Part shown: one piece after another, positions 12,685 to 24,968 of the stretch
Layout of the letters: each line of letters starts with the position of its first letter
Position numbering within the stretch: the stretch's first letter is position 1
Assembly (NCBI RefSeq): GCF_006345805.1
Contig: NC_043022.1
Coordinates: forward strand, 12,028,001 to 12,092,000
Length of the DNA stretch: 64,000 bases
Source: Octopus sinensis
Lineage: Eukaryota
Direction of reading: 5' to 3'
The notes under the pieces: generated by a model
The model's database searches: none
What the model was told of the DNA's origin: nothing
The model's input: the letters and a program-made list of their open reading frames with translations, nothing else
Translations under genes and position numbers: made by a program

Positions 12685-13070
12685 TACTCTCTTTTACTTG
12701 TTTCAGTCATTTGACTGTGGCCATGCTGGAGTACCGCCTTTAGTCGAGCAAATTGACCCCAGGACTTATTCTTTGGAAGCCAAGTACTTATTCTATCGCT
12801 TTTTTTGCCAAACCACTAAGTTACAGGGACGTAAACACACCAGCATCGGTTGTCAAGTGATGTTGGGGGGACAAGCACAGACGCACAAACAAACACACAT
12901 GTATATACATATATACGACGGGCTTCTTTCAGTTTCTGTCTACCAAATCCACTCACAAGGCTTTGGTTGGCCCAAGGCTATAGTAGAAGACACTTGCCCA
13001 AGGTGCCACACAGTGGAACTGAACCCGGAACTATGTGGTTGGTAAACAAGCTACTTACCACACAGCCACT
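12685..13070 (-). mobile_element. SINE family A, full-length
   Basis: Reverse complement of the family A consensus. Confidence 0.9.
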
Positions 13071-13095
13071 ATATATATATATATATATATATATA

Positions 13096-13327
13096 TTTCT
13101 TTACTGACCAGAAGGGCTAAACATAGAGGGGACAAACAAGGACAGACAAAGGGATTGAGTCGATTATATCGACCCCAGTGCCAAACTGGTACTTTATTTA
13201 TCGACCCCGAAAGGATGAAAGGCAAAGTTGACCTCAGTGGAATTTGAACTCAGAACGTAACGACAGACAAAATACCGCTAAGCATTTCGCCTGGCACGCT
13301 AACGTGTCTGCCAGCTCACCGCCTTAA
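13096..13327 (-). mobile_element. tRNA-derived SINE family B (central domain resembles MetaSINE)
   Basis: Reverse complement of GGCGGTGAGCTGGCAG...GAGTTCAAATTCC...GCCTTTCATCCTTTCGGGGTCGATAAA...AAAGAAAT. Confidence 0.85.
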
Positions 13328-13399
13328 TATATATATTATATATATTATATATATATATATTATATATATATATATATATATAATATATATATATATACA

Positions 13400-13909
13400 C
13401 TAGCAGTATCGCCCGGCGTTGCTCGGGTTTGTAAGGGAAATAACTATATAAGCATTTTTAGAGAATTACTTCCCTTATAGATGCCAATTCGGGCTTTCTT
13501 AGCCATTTCTGTTTTGGTGTCTTCAAGCCATGAAGTCGTTCTAAAAGAACGCTGGTCTCCTTGACAACGCTTTACGACGTTGATTTCCTTACACTCCCTT
13601 CCCCACAGCTTCACGAGGGAGGGAAGAAGGGGGAGAAGCAAACAGGTGCAGGTGTGACCATGGACGCCAACTCCGCCGCCATCGACACACGAAAAATTAT
13701 GCATTAAAATGGAATAAAAAATGATGTTAAATTATTTTTAAAATCGTAGACTCATCGTAGACGCGCGCTAATACTCAGACGGGCTAGATATGAATCACGA
13801 CTATAAGCTACCCGAATTTGGTTAAACTGCACCGCAAAATGTGGGAGTAGTTAGGAATCTAAATCGAAGGGGACAGACACTCACACAACTACAGTTTTAT
13901 ATATATAGA
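13400..13909 (-). mobile_element. Non-autonomous Helitron (510 bp)
   Basis: On the minus strand: 5' TC, subterminal GC hairpin CCCG-AGCAACGC-CGGG, 3' CTAG, inserted between A and T with no TSD. These are the canonical Helitron hallmarks. Confidence 0.8.
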
Positions 13910-14006
13910 TATATATATACACACACGTGCGCACACACCCACACATTCCTTGATACATTTAGAGACAAAGAGAAAGAGAGGAACCAAATACAATAACATG
14001 CCTCAC

Positions 14007-14153
14007 CTTCATTCCTTTTCAGTGGGATATATTCCAAAAGAGTCTCATTAAAGTCCACACTACCAAGCTTTCTTACATAATTGTCGATCATTGGTTTGTT
14101 GTACCCTCGGGCTTCTAAATACTTACGAAAGTATTCTTCCCATTGAACAAAAC
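14007..14153 (-). CDS. SDF4: Cab45 coding exon 3
   Basis: Acceptor catag, donor gtgagg. (G)FVQWEEYFRKYLEARGYNKPMIDNYVRKLGSVDFNETLLEYIPLKRNE completes EF-hand 2; 147 nt, phases 1/1. Confidence 0.93.
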
Positions 14154-14382
14154 CTATGCAAAAAAAACAAACACAAAAGAAAACAACATTAAAGAAATAT
14201 GGGACAGCAAATAAAATCAAGAAGTTTTACAGAGCTCCAGTATGGGCATTATCTGCCTGGTTGGAGAAAGAAACTTAACAACAAAACTCAAGGAAAACGC
14301 ACACAAATATCTGTCTGGCTCTCGCTCTCTCTCTCACTATATATATGTATGTGTGTGTGGTGTGTGTGTGTGTGCGTGTGGA

Positions 14383-14628
14383 GGCGCATGGCTTAGTGGT
14401 TAGGGTGTCAGCACCATGATCGTAAGATTGTGGTTTCGATTCCTGGATCGGGTGACGCGTTGTGTTCTTGAGCAAAACACTTCATTTCATGTTGCTCCAG
14501 TCCACTCAGCTGGCAAAAATGAGTAACGCTGCAATGGACTGGTGTTCCGTCCAGTTGGGGAACACATATGCCATTGAAACCAGGAACCCGGGCCCATGAG
14601 CCTGGCTAGGCTTTAAAAAGGGTGCATT
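14383..14628 (+). mobile_element. tRNA-derived SINE family C (CORE-like body), fused to a family D copy downstream
   Basis: GGCGCATGGCTTAGTGGTTAG...TTCGATTCC head; TTGAGCAAAACACTT...CACTCAGCTGGCAAAAATGAG body. Confidence 0.8.
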
Positions 14629-15308
14629 TGGTGGCACGTAAAAAGCACCCACTACACTCACGGAGTGGTTGGCGTTAGGAAGGGCATCCAGCCGTAGAAA
14701 CACTGCCAAATCTGACTGGGCCTGATGAAGCCTTCCGGCTTCACAGACCCCAGTTAAACCGTCCAACCCATGCTAGCATGGAAAACGGACGCTAAATGAC
14801 GATGATGATGATATCTTTTCAACTATAGGCACAAAGCCTGCAATTTTGGTGGGAAGGGTCTAATCCAGGGGTCTTGAAAGTGGTAAAAAAATGTGGGGGT
14901 TGATGGGCCTATTCATGGGGGTCAATGAATGCACATCTACTTTATTATTATTATTTAATTTTTTTTTGTACATGACTGGAAGTGAAGGTCAATGAAGAGT
15001 GAAGGATTCCATGAAGGGGTTGATGGTCTAAAGAGTTTGGGAACCCCTGGTCTAGTTAATGACATAGATCCCAGTGTTCAACTGGGACTTACCCTATGAA
15101 AGCCAAAAGGATGATAAGCAAAGTCAACCATGGCAGCATTTGAACTCAGAATATAAAGACAAATGAAATGCCAATAAGTTAATGATTCTGTCAGCTTGCC
15201 ACCATTTCTCTTTCTCTCTCTTACACACACACATACACACACACACACACACACACATACAAGGTATGATGGGTAAATTTTCATCATCTAATACTTTTAT
15301 TTTCGCAC

Positions 15309-15699
15309 ATGGCGCAGGAATGGCTGTGTGGTAAGTAGCTTGTTTACCAACCACATGGTTCCGGGTTCAGTCCCACTGCGTGGCACCTTGGGCAACTGTC
15401 TTCTACTATAGCCTCGGGCCGACCAAAGCCTTGTGAGGGGATTTGGTAGACGGAAACTGAAAGAAGCCCGTCGTATATATGTATATATATATGTATATGT
15501 GTGTGTGTGTGTTTGTCCCCCTAGCATTGCTTGACAACTGATGCTGGTGTGTTTATGTCCCCGTTACTTAGCAGTTCGGCAAAAGAGACCGATAGAATAA
15601 GTACTGGGCTTACAAAGAATAAGTCCCGCTGTCGAGTTGCTCGATTAAAGGCGGTGCTCCAGCATGGCCGCAGTCAAATGACTGAAACAAGTAAAAGAG
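15309..15699 (+). mobile_element. SINE family A, full-length
   Basis: Family A consensus on the plus strand. Confidence 0.9.
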
Positions 15700-15779
15700 T
15701 AGAGTATCTGCATTGTTTGTTTGTGATTTTGTCGACTACAGAGCATAGTAGGGTCAGCTGGGCACTGTCTATGAGAAAA

Positions 15780-15935
15780 ACAGCACCATGATGCAATTCA
15801 GTCTGCCAGAAATTTGGAAATGGCAGGCTGTACTGCTGGCATTTGTGCCGGAAGTGATAACAATCAAACATCCAGTCAACATCATGGTGTTTGGAGTAAT
15901 CACTAGTGATGGCGACATTATGCCTCCATACATAT
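15780..15935 (+). mobile_element. Tc1/mariner transposase remnant, cut off by a SINE
   Basis: Translation IKHPVNIMVFGVITSDGDIMPPYIY, the segment normally just upstream of the LNTEAYIKCLEEV remnant seen at 3855-3968. Confidence 0.7.
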
Positions 15936-16483
15936 ATTCTCTTTTACTTGTTTCAGTCATTTGACTGCGGCCATGCTGGAACACCGCCTTTTAGTCGAGC
16001 AAATCGACCCCGGGACTTATTCTTTGTAAGCCCAGTACTTATTCAATCGGTCTCTTTTGCCGAACCGCTAAGTGACGGGGACGTAAACACACCAGCATCG
16101 GTTGTCAAGCAATGCTAGGGGGACAAACACAGACACACAAACATATATACGACAGGCTTCCTTCAGTTTCCGTCTACCAAATTCACTCGCAAGGCATTGG
16201 TCGGCCCGGGGCTATAGCAGAAGACACTCGCCCAAGATGCCACACAGTGGGACTGAACCCGGAACCATGTGGTTGGTTAGCAAGCTACTTACCACACAGC
16301 CACTCCTGCGCCATATATACGACAGGCTTCTTTCAGTTTCTGTCTACCAAATCCACTCACAAGGCTTTAGTCGGCCCGAGGCTATAGCAGAAGACACTTG
16401 CCCAAAGCGCCACTGCAGTGGGACTGAACCCGGAACCATGTGGTTGGTAAGCAAGCTACTTACCACACAGCCACTCCTGCGCC
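15936..16483 (-). mobile_element. SINE family A full copy plus a tandem partial head copy
   Basis: Full copy 15936-16312; second head-half 16313-16483. Confidence 0.88.
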
Positions 16484-16744
16484 TATATATATATATTAAT
16501 AAAAACAGCTGTTTGCAATGTTATACTGTAGAGGAAAATTACTGTCATCAACTGAATAACACCTACACTGCAAAAAACAGGAGCACTTTAGCTCCTATTT
16601 CTAGCAATGTAAGTGTTATTCACACCCTTAGTCAAGTTTAGTTGATGACCATCCATCCATCCATCCATACATACTTTCATCCTTCTTAGAGAGGGTTTAT
16701 ATATACTGAAATTAACATGGCAAATTAAGAGAAATATTCTTTAC

Positions 16745-16881
16745 CGTCTTTATTTGAATCAAGATATGTAAACATCTTATCCGTTTCATTGGTAGCCTCA
16801 TCTAAATGTTCTTCTAGTTTCCGCTGTATCCATTCTTCCAGTTCTTTCAAGTCAAGGTACTGATCGTTATCGACATCAGCC
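16745..16881 (-). CDS. SDF4: Cab45 coding exon 2
   Basis: Acceptor ttccag, donor gtaaag. (K)ADVDNDQYLDLKELEEWIQRKLEEHLDEATNETDKMFTYLDSNKD carries EF-hand 1 and the start of EF-hand 2; 137 nt, phases 2/1. Confidence 0.95.
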
Positions 16882-17094
16882 CTGGAAAACAACGAGCAAA
16901 AAGACACTGTTAGTTTGTTCCTGATGCAGAAGGAGATCCTAAATTTCCTACTGCTTCTCCGCTGCTAGTGCACTTTCCTTATCATGTCTGTGTTGATTAC
17001 AGAGGTCAGAAACGATATCCACAGACCCTTTTATCTTTCATTTGGCTCAGTCATTGCTCTGCGACCATACCAGGTGACAACCATACTATCTCTG

Positions 17095-17303
17095 TCTCTC
17101 TTTTACTTGTTTCAGTCATTTGACTGCGGCCATGCTGGAGCACCGCCTTTAGTCGAGTAACTCGACCCCGGGACTTATTCTTTTGTAAGCCCAGTACTTA
17201 TTCTATCGGTCTCTTTTGCCGAACCGCTAAGTAACGGGGACATAAACACACCAGCTTTGGTTGTCAAGCAATGCTAGGGAGACAAACACAGACACACAAA
17301 CAC

Positions 17304-17346
<43 letters not shown>

Positions 17347-17534
17347 ATATATATATACATACATACATATATACGACGGGCTTCTTTCAGTTTCCGTCCA
17401 CCAAATCCACTCACAAGGCTTTGGTCAGCCTGAGGCTATAGTAGAAGACACTTGCCCAAGGTGCCACACAGTGGGACTGAACCCAGAACCATGTGGTTGG
17501 TAAACAAGCTACTTACCACACAACCAATCCTGCA
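17095..17534 (-). mobile_element. SINE family A, full-length
   Basis: Reverse complement of the family A consensus. Confidence 0.9.
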
Positions 17535-17760
17535 CCTATGTAGAGAGGGTTTAGCTGAACAAATCAACCATCGTACTTATTTCTTTTTAAAGCCTTACAC
17601 TTATTCTACCAGTCTTTTTCACAAAACTGCTAAGTCACTGGGATGTAAACAAACCAACACCAGTTGTTGAGTGGTGGTGGGGAACAATCAAGACATACAC
17701 ACATAGGGGACACTCAAAAGTTTTTGGCTTTAGGTAAGAGAAAACACAGGAGCATCAGTT

Positions 17761-18147
17761 TGCAGGAGTGGCTGTGTGGTAAGTAGCTTGCTTGCCAACC
17801 ACATAGTCACGGGTTCAGTCCCACTGCGTGGCACCTTGGGCAAGTGTCTCCTACTATAGCCCCAGGCCAACCAAAGTCTTCTGAGTGGATTTGGTAGACG
17901 GAAACTGGAAGAAGCCCGTCATATATGTATATATATATATGTGTGTGTGTTCGTATGTGTATGTTTGTGTATCTGTGTTGACAACCATGAGGCTGGTGTG
18001 TTTATGTCCCCATAACATAGCGGTTCGGCAAAAGAGACTGATAGAATAAGTACTGGTCTTACAAAGAATAAGTTCTGGGGGCGATTTGCTCGACTAAAGG
18101 CGGTGCTCCAGCATGGCCACAGTCAAATGACTGAAACAAGTAAAAGA
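17761..18147 (+). mobile_element. SINE family A, full-length
   Basis: Family A consensus on the plus strand. Confidence 0.9.
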
Positions 18148-18306
18148 ATCAATTATGATTTTATTCCTGTCTCAGATTTACACACTTATGATGACATCAC
18201 ACAAGATGGGGTCAACCAATCTCATCAACACCCACTATGAAACCCTGACAGACAAAGAGGAGGACGAGGAGGGGGCTGACAATCGAACATCTGTCCAACC
18301 TTTTAA

Positions 18307-18525
18307 CCCTTTAGTATTTAAACCGGCCATATCCGGCCAAAATAGCTAATCTGTTTTATGTTCAAACTGACCAGATCCAGGCTCTCACACCTACCCTACA
18401 ATGTTATTCTACATTAAGTAATTACACCATCAAGATCTTGAAGATATGAGACAATGCACGATTAATTCAAATCAATGTGAATCAATAAGCATTATGTTTG
18501 ATAGAATAATCAGAACACTAAAGGG
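18307..18525. mobile_element. piggyBac-like MITE (219 bp)
   Basis: TTAA flanks on both sides and TIRs CCCTTTAGT/ACTAAAGGG; related copies at 37331-37515 and 59465-59905. Confidence 0.8.
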
Positions 18526-19126
18526 TTAAAGACTGCAAAGGAATCGCAAATGAAGGCAGAAGCACGGGACCCCAATACGGTTCGGTCTCCCCAATTTAAA
18601 AATGCCGTCGATGCTGCCACGCAAACACATAAAACTCCCCTTGCCACCATGAAGAAACAATGACAGCCACTTCCCATCACAAATGTTCCCCAAGGCCAAC
18701 CAAGAGAGCCTTGCACGAAGATACAACATCCCCTGAAACACCTGATGAACTTTAAATCTTCTGTGCAGTCTTTGCCTTCATTATTGGTGAGTAAGCATAC
18801 ATTTTACTTTATTTTTTATTAAATTATTATAATAATAATTATATATATATATATATATACACATAATATTTTATGTTATATTTTGATATTATAGGCATTT
18901 TTAATGGACCACGTCCAATATTCGCGGTTTTTCATTATTCGCAGATGCTCTAGGAATGTAACCCCTGCAAATACCAGGCGACTACTGTATATACATACAT
19001 ACATAAATGTGTGTGTGTATATATATATAGATGTACACATATATACATAGATGTACATATATATACATATGTATATATATATATATGTATATATATAAAT
19101 ACATATATATGTATATATAAATATAC

Positions 19127-19166
<40 letters not shown>

Positions 19167-19168
19167 TA

Positions 19169-19361
19169 TATATAGAAGGAGCTTCTACAGGACTAGAACT
19201 GTTTCATTCAAAAGAAATCATCAGGAAGCTCCTGATGATTTCTTTTGAATGAAACAGTTCTAGTCCTGTAGAAGCTCCTTCTATATAATAAATTAATTTA
19301 CTCTGCTATGTATTGAGTACCTTATTTACTGTGGTTAACCCCGACTCAACCCGGGACCTAC
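19169..19361. mobile_element. Probable Penelope-like terminal-repeat remnant with inverted duplication, embedded in (TA)n
   Basis: Perfect 58-bp inverted repeat (19169-19226 / 19230-19287) containing hammerhead core motifs. Inverted terminal copies and hammerheads are known features of Penelope-like elements. Confidence 0.55.
19178..19232 (-). ncRNA. Type I hammerhead ribozyme motif
   Basis: Minus strand GGAGCUUC-CUGAUGA-UUUCUUUUGAAU-GAAA-CAG-UUCUAGUC-CUG-UA/GAAGCUCC. Stem I is 8 bp and perfect, stem III 4 bp, GUA cleavage triplet; stem II is weak (U.U closing, then 3 bp). Confidence 0.65.
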
Positions 19362-19600
19362 ATATATATATATATATTATATGTATATATATATACACAT
19401 ACATGTATCCACATATATATATATAATTTATTAACATAATATTATTTTCTATTCTTATAATAATATAATAAATATTAAATACAAATTACAATAGTTTTGA
19501 TTCTTACCCATAATAAAATCATAAAAATTCATATACACAGCAATCTGCAGCCACTTACTATCTGATCTCAGTGTTAGATAATCAAACACATGTTTGCAAG

Positions 19601-19642
<42 letters not shown>

Positions 19643-19777
19643 TACACACATATATATACATACAGACATATACATAATTCGCTTATAAGTGTATGTCACG
19701 TTTTTTAACACCGAGGCCAGACAATAAGCACATACAGATGTGAGTACATACACATACACATTAACATGCATTCACCA

Positions 19778-19808
<31 letters not shown>

Positions 19809-19842
19809 CATTATAAATGCATACACACATTTATGTACATAC

Positions 19843-19881
<39 letters not shown>

Positions 19882-20270
19882 TATATACACATGCACAAAC
19901 TGCTCTGAAATATTAAAAATGTAAGCTGTTGTGTGTTCTGAACTAAAAAATCTCTAGCAATGCACTTTTTTTTCTTTCTGTTTTTGTCAAAGTCGGAAGA
20001 TTAATTGGAATGGTATGGAAATAGAATTCTTAATCGTTGAGAATTGCTGAGACTGCAAATGTAAACGTGGTTGAAAGATGGTGTTGCAGAAAAGAGTAAA
20101 GTGGCAGAGGGTAAGAGAGGGATGTGTGCGTTTTAGAGAGAGAGACGGGACAAACACCAACGCATTCAAAAACTGCTAAAACAATTTGCTTATTTGCTTA
20201 TTAACACAATTCAGTGGAATGACAGTTATGATGCCATTATAAAACAAAGAAAAATAAAACTGCAGAGTGT

Positions 20271-20646
20271 TACTCTTTTACTGGTTTCAGTCATTTGACT
20301 GCGGCCATGCTGGAGCACCACCTTTAGTCAAAGCAAATTGCCCCCCCCCCAGGATTTATTCTTTGGAAGCCTAGTACTTATTCTATCTTTTGCTGAACCG
20401 CTAAGTTACGGGGACGTAAACACACCAGCATCGGTTGTCAAGCGATGTTGGGGGGATAAACACAGACACACACACACATATATACGACGGGCTTCTTTCA
20501 GTTTCCGTCTACCAAATCCATTCACAAGGCTTTGGTCAACCCGAGGCTACAGTAGAAGACACTAGCCCAAGGTGCCACACAGTGGAACTGAACCCGGAAC
20601 TATGTGGTTGGTAAACAAGCTACATACCACACAGCCATCCTGCGCC
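20271..20646 (-). mobile_element. SINE family A, full-length
   Basis: Reverse complement of the family A consensus. Confidence 0.88.
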
Positions 20647-21401
20647 TGTTAAGTACCATCAGGGGTCCTATCTATTGGTTAAATAGATTTGCCAAGGGTA
20701 GAGGAAGCTCCTGCTATTTTTGTCAAATCCATGGGTAAGGTAGCTCTTCTAGAAGAAATACGCTCTGACATAAAGTTTGCAGTCAAAATAGTAGCATTCA
20801 TCTTAGAATTCCTGTCACTGGAACCTACCATGGTGACCAAGAGGATGGCAAAAGAGTTGTACAAGCTTTTGTCACTTAAATCCAATGATGTACAGACGTC
20901 TCACTGTTCATTAACGTGAGATGGCTACCATCTGACAAGATGAGGCAATCATCATGTACGTATGTAGTATGATGGCTGTCAACAGCCATCCGACAGCTGC
21001 ACACAGCAAAATCACCAGGAGTGAGGGACTCCTAGCTGCTATCACAGCATTCCTCTAGGATAGGAACAGCCTGATGTAAAATATGTGGTTTCGTGTGGTT
21101 ACTGGTCATCTCACTTCTGCCTGTCGCTTGGTATTAATCACAGAGACTCAGAGGGTGGTACTTACTCATCATGCAAGTGTTTATCACTGCAATCCAGTAA
21201 TGGACAGATGTTTCTTTATGGTGGCCTTCTTTGTTGTTCCATCTACTGAAAGTCCGAAGGTGATGGAAGAAAATGTATGCAGACCCGTCCAGTTGGTCAT
21301 TCAGATCTGCAACAGGAATAGTCACCTGAAACACCACGATTCTATAATCCAGTGATTCTCAACCATTTTTTGCCCTTTGATTCCTATTTTACTATACCTA
21401 T

Positions 21402-21632
21402 TTCTTTATTACCCACAAGGGGCTAAACACAGAGGGGACAAACAAGGACAGACATAGGTATTAAGTCGATTACATCGACCCCAGTGCGTAACTGGTACTT
21501 AATTTATCGACCCTGAAAGGATGAAAGGCAAAGTCGACCTCGGCGGAATTTGAACTCACAATGTAACGCAGACGAAACACCGCTAAGCATTTCGCTCGGC
21601 GTGCGAACGATTTTGCCAGCTCACCACCTTTT
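21402..21632 (-). mobile_element. SINE family B
   Basis: Reverse complement of the family B consensus; abuts a degenerate plus-strand family A copy at about 21645-21980. Confidence 0.85.
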
Positions 21633-22817
21633 ACTATACCACACGGTTCCGGGTCCCATCCCACTGCATGGCACCTTGGGCAAGTGTCTTCTACTATTGC
21701 CTTGGGCCAACCAAAGACCTGTGAGAGGATTTGGGAGAAAGGAACTGAAAGAAGCCCGTTGTATCTAAATATATATGTATGTGTGTGTGTTTGTCTCCCC
21801 CATACTACTACCACCACCACCACTTGACAACCATAACTTCGTGGTTCGGCAAGAAACACTGACAGAATAAGTAATAGGTTTAATAAAAAATAAGTACTGG
21901 GGCCGATTAACTGCACTAAAAATTCTGCAAGGTGGTGCCGTAGCATGGCCACACAGTCTAATAACTGAAACAAGTAAAAGACAATTACATTAAACCAATG
22001 TAAACTTTCGAAAATATATTTCTACAAAATGCCATTTAAAGAAAGTTATGAGGAAATAAAAAGGGTGAAGGAAAGAATGATCCATTCATTCATTTTCTCA
22101 GCCTAGAAGTCCTCGGGTAGCTCCTTCATATGGTTCTATCAAAAGCAACCGTCACTACGCTTTCCTGCTGGATTCCAAGGCGTGCCATTTGAGACTATGG
22201 ACATTATCTAATCATCTCAATGTGCTTTTTTAAGAAAAATATTATCAACATAATCGCATTCTTCACCCTCGTACACATATCTCTGGAAATTTCTACTAAA
22301 ATCACACATTCATTCGAAAGTTATGCAAGAACAAAGTCGTGGTACACTAATCTGTTGTTATGCCGCGAAAACCCGCAAACACTGCCGGAGTTTGGGACGT
22401 CAAAGGTAAATACAGACCGCAAAGCATTCTGTCTAGTGGTCTGATAGTCAGGCCAAGCGACAGTCTTGGACTGGTGCTTTTATTTTATCAACCACTCAAA
22501 GATGAAATTCCTCCCTCCGATGCCTTTATTGCATCCGTTGACAAAAGTGAAGTTGACTTCGGTGGGATTTGAACTTCGAACGTAAGGAGCCAAAACGTAC
22601 ATCGTCAGCAGTTGCCTCAGACTCCAAATTTCAGAGTTAAACAGATATGGTGGAATGTATACAGGAAATAAGAGGCTGACAACAGCAAAAACATTGTGAA
22701 TAACATTTACAGTAGCAACAACACAGAGCCATTGAGAAAGCCTCATACGTGGTCACTAGAAATAACAGCTAAATCTCTAATATAACTTGACACAAGAACT
22801 ATATATATATATATATA

Positions 22818-23276
<459 letters not shown>

Positions 23277-23772
23277 ATACTGTATATATAACAGGTGTTG
23301 TTATGGTAGTAGTGTCACAAAGCGTGCGCTGTCAGCATCATAACGGCCCACAAGATCAATGGCTACTTCCATTAAGATATACGCACGACTTTAATCCGGC
23401 TTAATCTGTTTCTGAGTGTCCATTATCAGCTATAAAGCTAGATTATACACGACCAGATTAAATATAATGATGTTGCAACAATAGAATTAATATAAATAAA
23501 CTTCACCTACTTTAGGGTGGCTTGTATTCTGACTGTATCCACCCGTAACCCACCCAGAAGACACAACCCGAAATTCTGCTTAATTGGGTTTCTGTATGTA
23601 ATACAGATTTCAAATTTTGGCACAAGGCCAGCAATTTCGACCCCGGTACATATTTTATCCACCCCGAAAGGATGAAAGGCATAGTCGTCCTCGGTGAAAT
23701 TTGAACTCAGACGGACGAAATGCAAAGTATTTTGCCCTGACGACTTTACCAGCTCCCCGCCCTATGCATGCA

Positions 23773-23811
<39 letters not shown>

Positions 23812-23943
23812 TCACACAAAATATACAATTTAAACGAGTTAACTTCTAGCTGTCACACAACCTGTTAGAAATAGCAGCTAAATCTTCCTCAGATTATATT
23901 AGGTAAGGTGGTCCCTAGATACAGTGTGGTTGAAAAAAGTTTA

Positions 23944-24305
23944 GACTGGATAACTACATCTGGAGCACAGCATCATAGCTTTTCTAAATAAGGGCTGATC
24001 TGAACTGGACAATGTTACCCCACACCTAGCTATACAACATCTCGATAAAAGGTTGGATGGCCACAGCTGAAACACCTTTGATAACTGCTCTTCTGGATGA
24101 GGTCTGCCCGAAAGTGGACAATGTTGACCTATACCCAAGATACACATCTGAAGAAAAGACATGGATGGTTACAGCTGAAATACCTTTGATCATAGCCTTC
24201 GGATGAGGGCTGACCCGAACTGGACAACATTGCTCTACACTCAAGATGCACAGCATCTAAATAAATGACAGGATGGTCACAATCGGAACATCTTCGATCA
24301 TAAGT
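23944..24305. repeat. Degenerate 108-bp tandem repeat (about 3.3 units)
   Basis: GGAT(G/A)(G/A)..ACA anchors at 23948, 24055, 24163 and 24271. Confidence 0.75.
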
Positions 24306-24968
24306 CTTGTGGATAAAGGACCAAGCATTTTTTTAAAAGCCAACCGCCCTCGCGAACGAGTATTGCTTAGTAACATGTACCATGTATTCGCAAATTGTTT
24401 TAGGTGCCTATATAGTCGCGAGTAGACAGACACCTGTTTGATTCTCTCACCCTTTGACCAGCGGCACATTCAGGGTGAGATAGAGAGTTACACAAGCACT
24501 TGGCAGGTTACTCATTTACAGCCGAGTACATTGGTCCAATGTGAAATGAAGTGACTTGTTGAAGGAGGATCTCAACATGCTGCCCGGTCCAGTAATCGAA
24601 CCCAGGACATTATGATGTTGAGCCGAACAAACTGATGCACAAGGCCACGTACCCCAACCAACTTGATGAAGGAGGGACGGGTTTTAAACCACCACAACAA
24701 TAAAAATTCTTTCTACTACAGGCACAGAGCTTGCAGAATTTTACGAGAGGGGCCTAGTCGATTACATCGAACCCAGTGATCGACTGGTAATTATTTTATC
24801 GACCCCATAAGAACGAAGTGCTGACTCCGCATCTCATCCTTTCGAGATCAATAAAATAAAGTACCAGTCGATCACTGGGGTTGATGTAATCGACTGGCCT
24901 TCTCTTCTAAAATTGGAGGCCTTGTGCCAAAATTTGAAACAACAATGATGATAAAAATAACAACATAC

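Noticed and set aside
20660-21350. Possible extra exon or gene (ORFs 20679-20919, 21083-21355)
   Set aside because: No recognisable domain and no phase-compatible place in Cab45; probably a decayed retroelement that I cannot classify.
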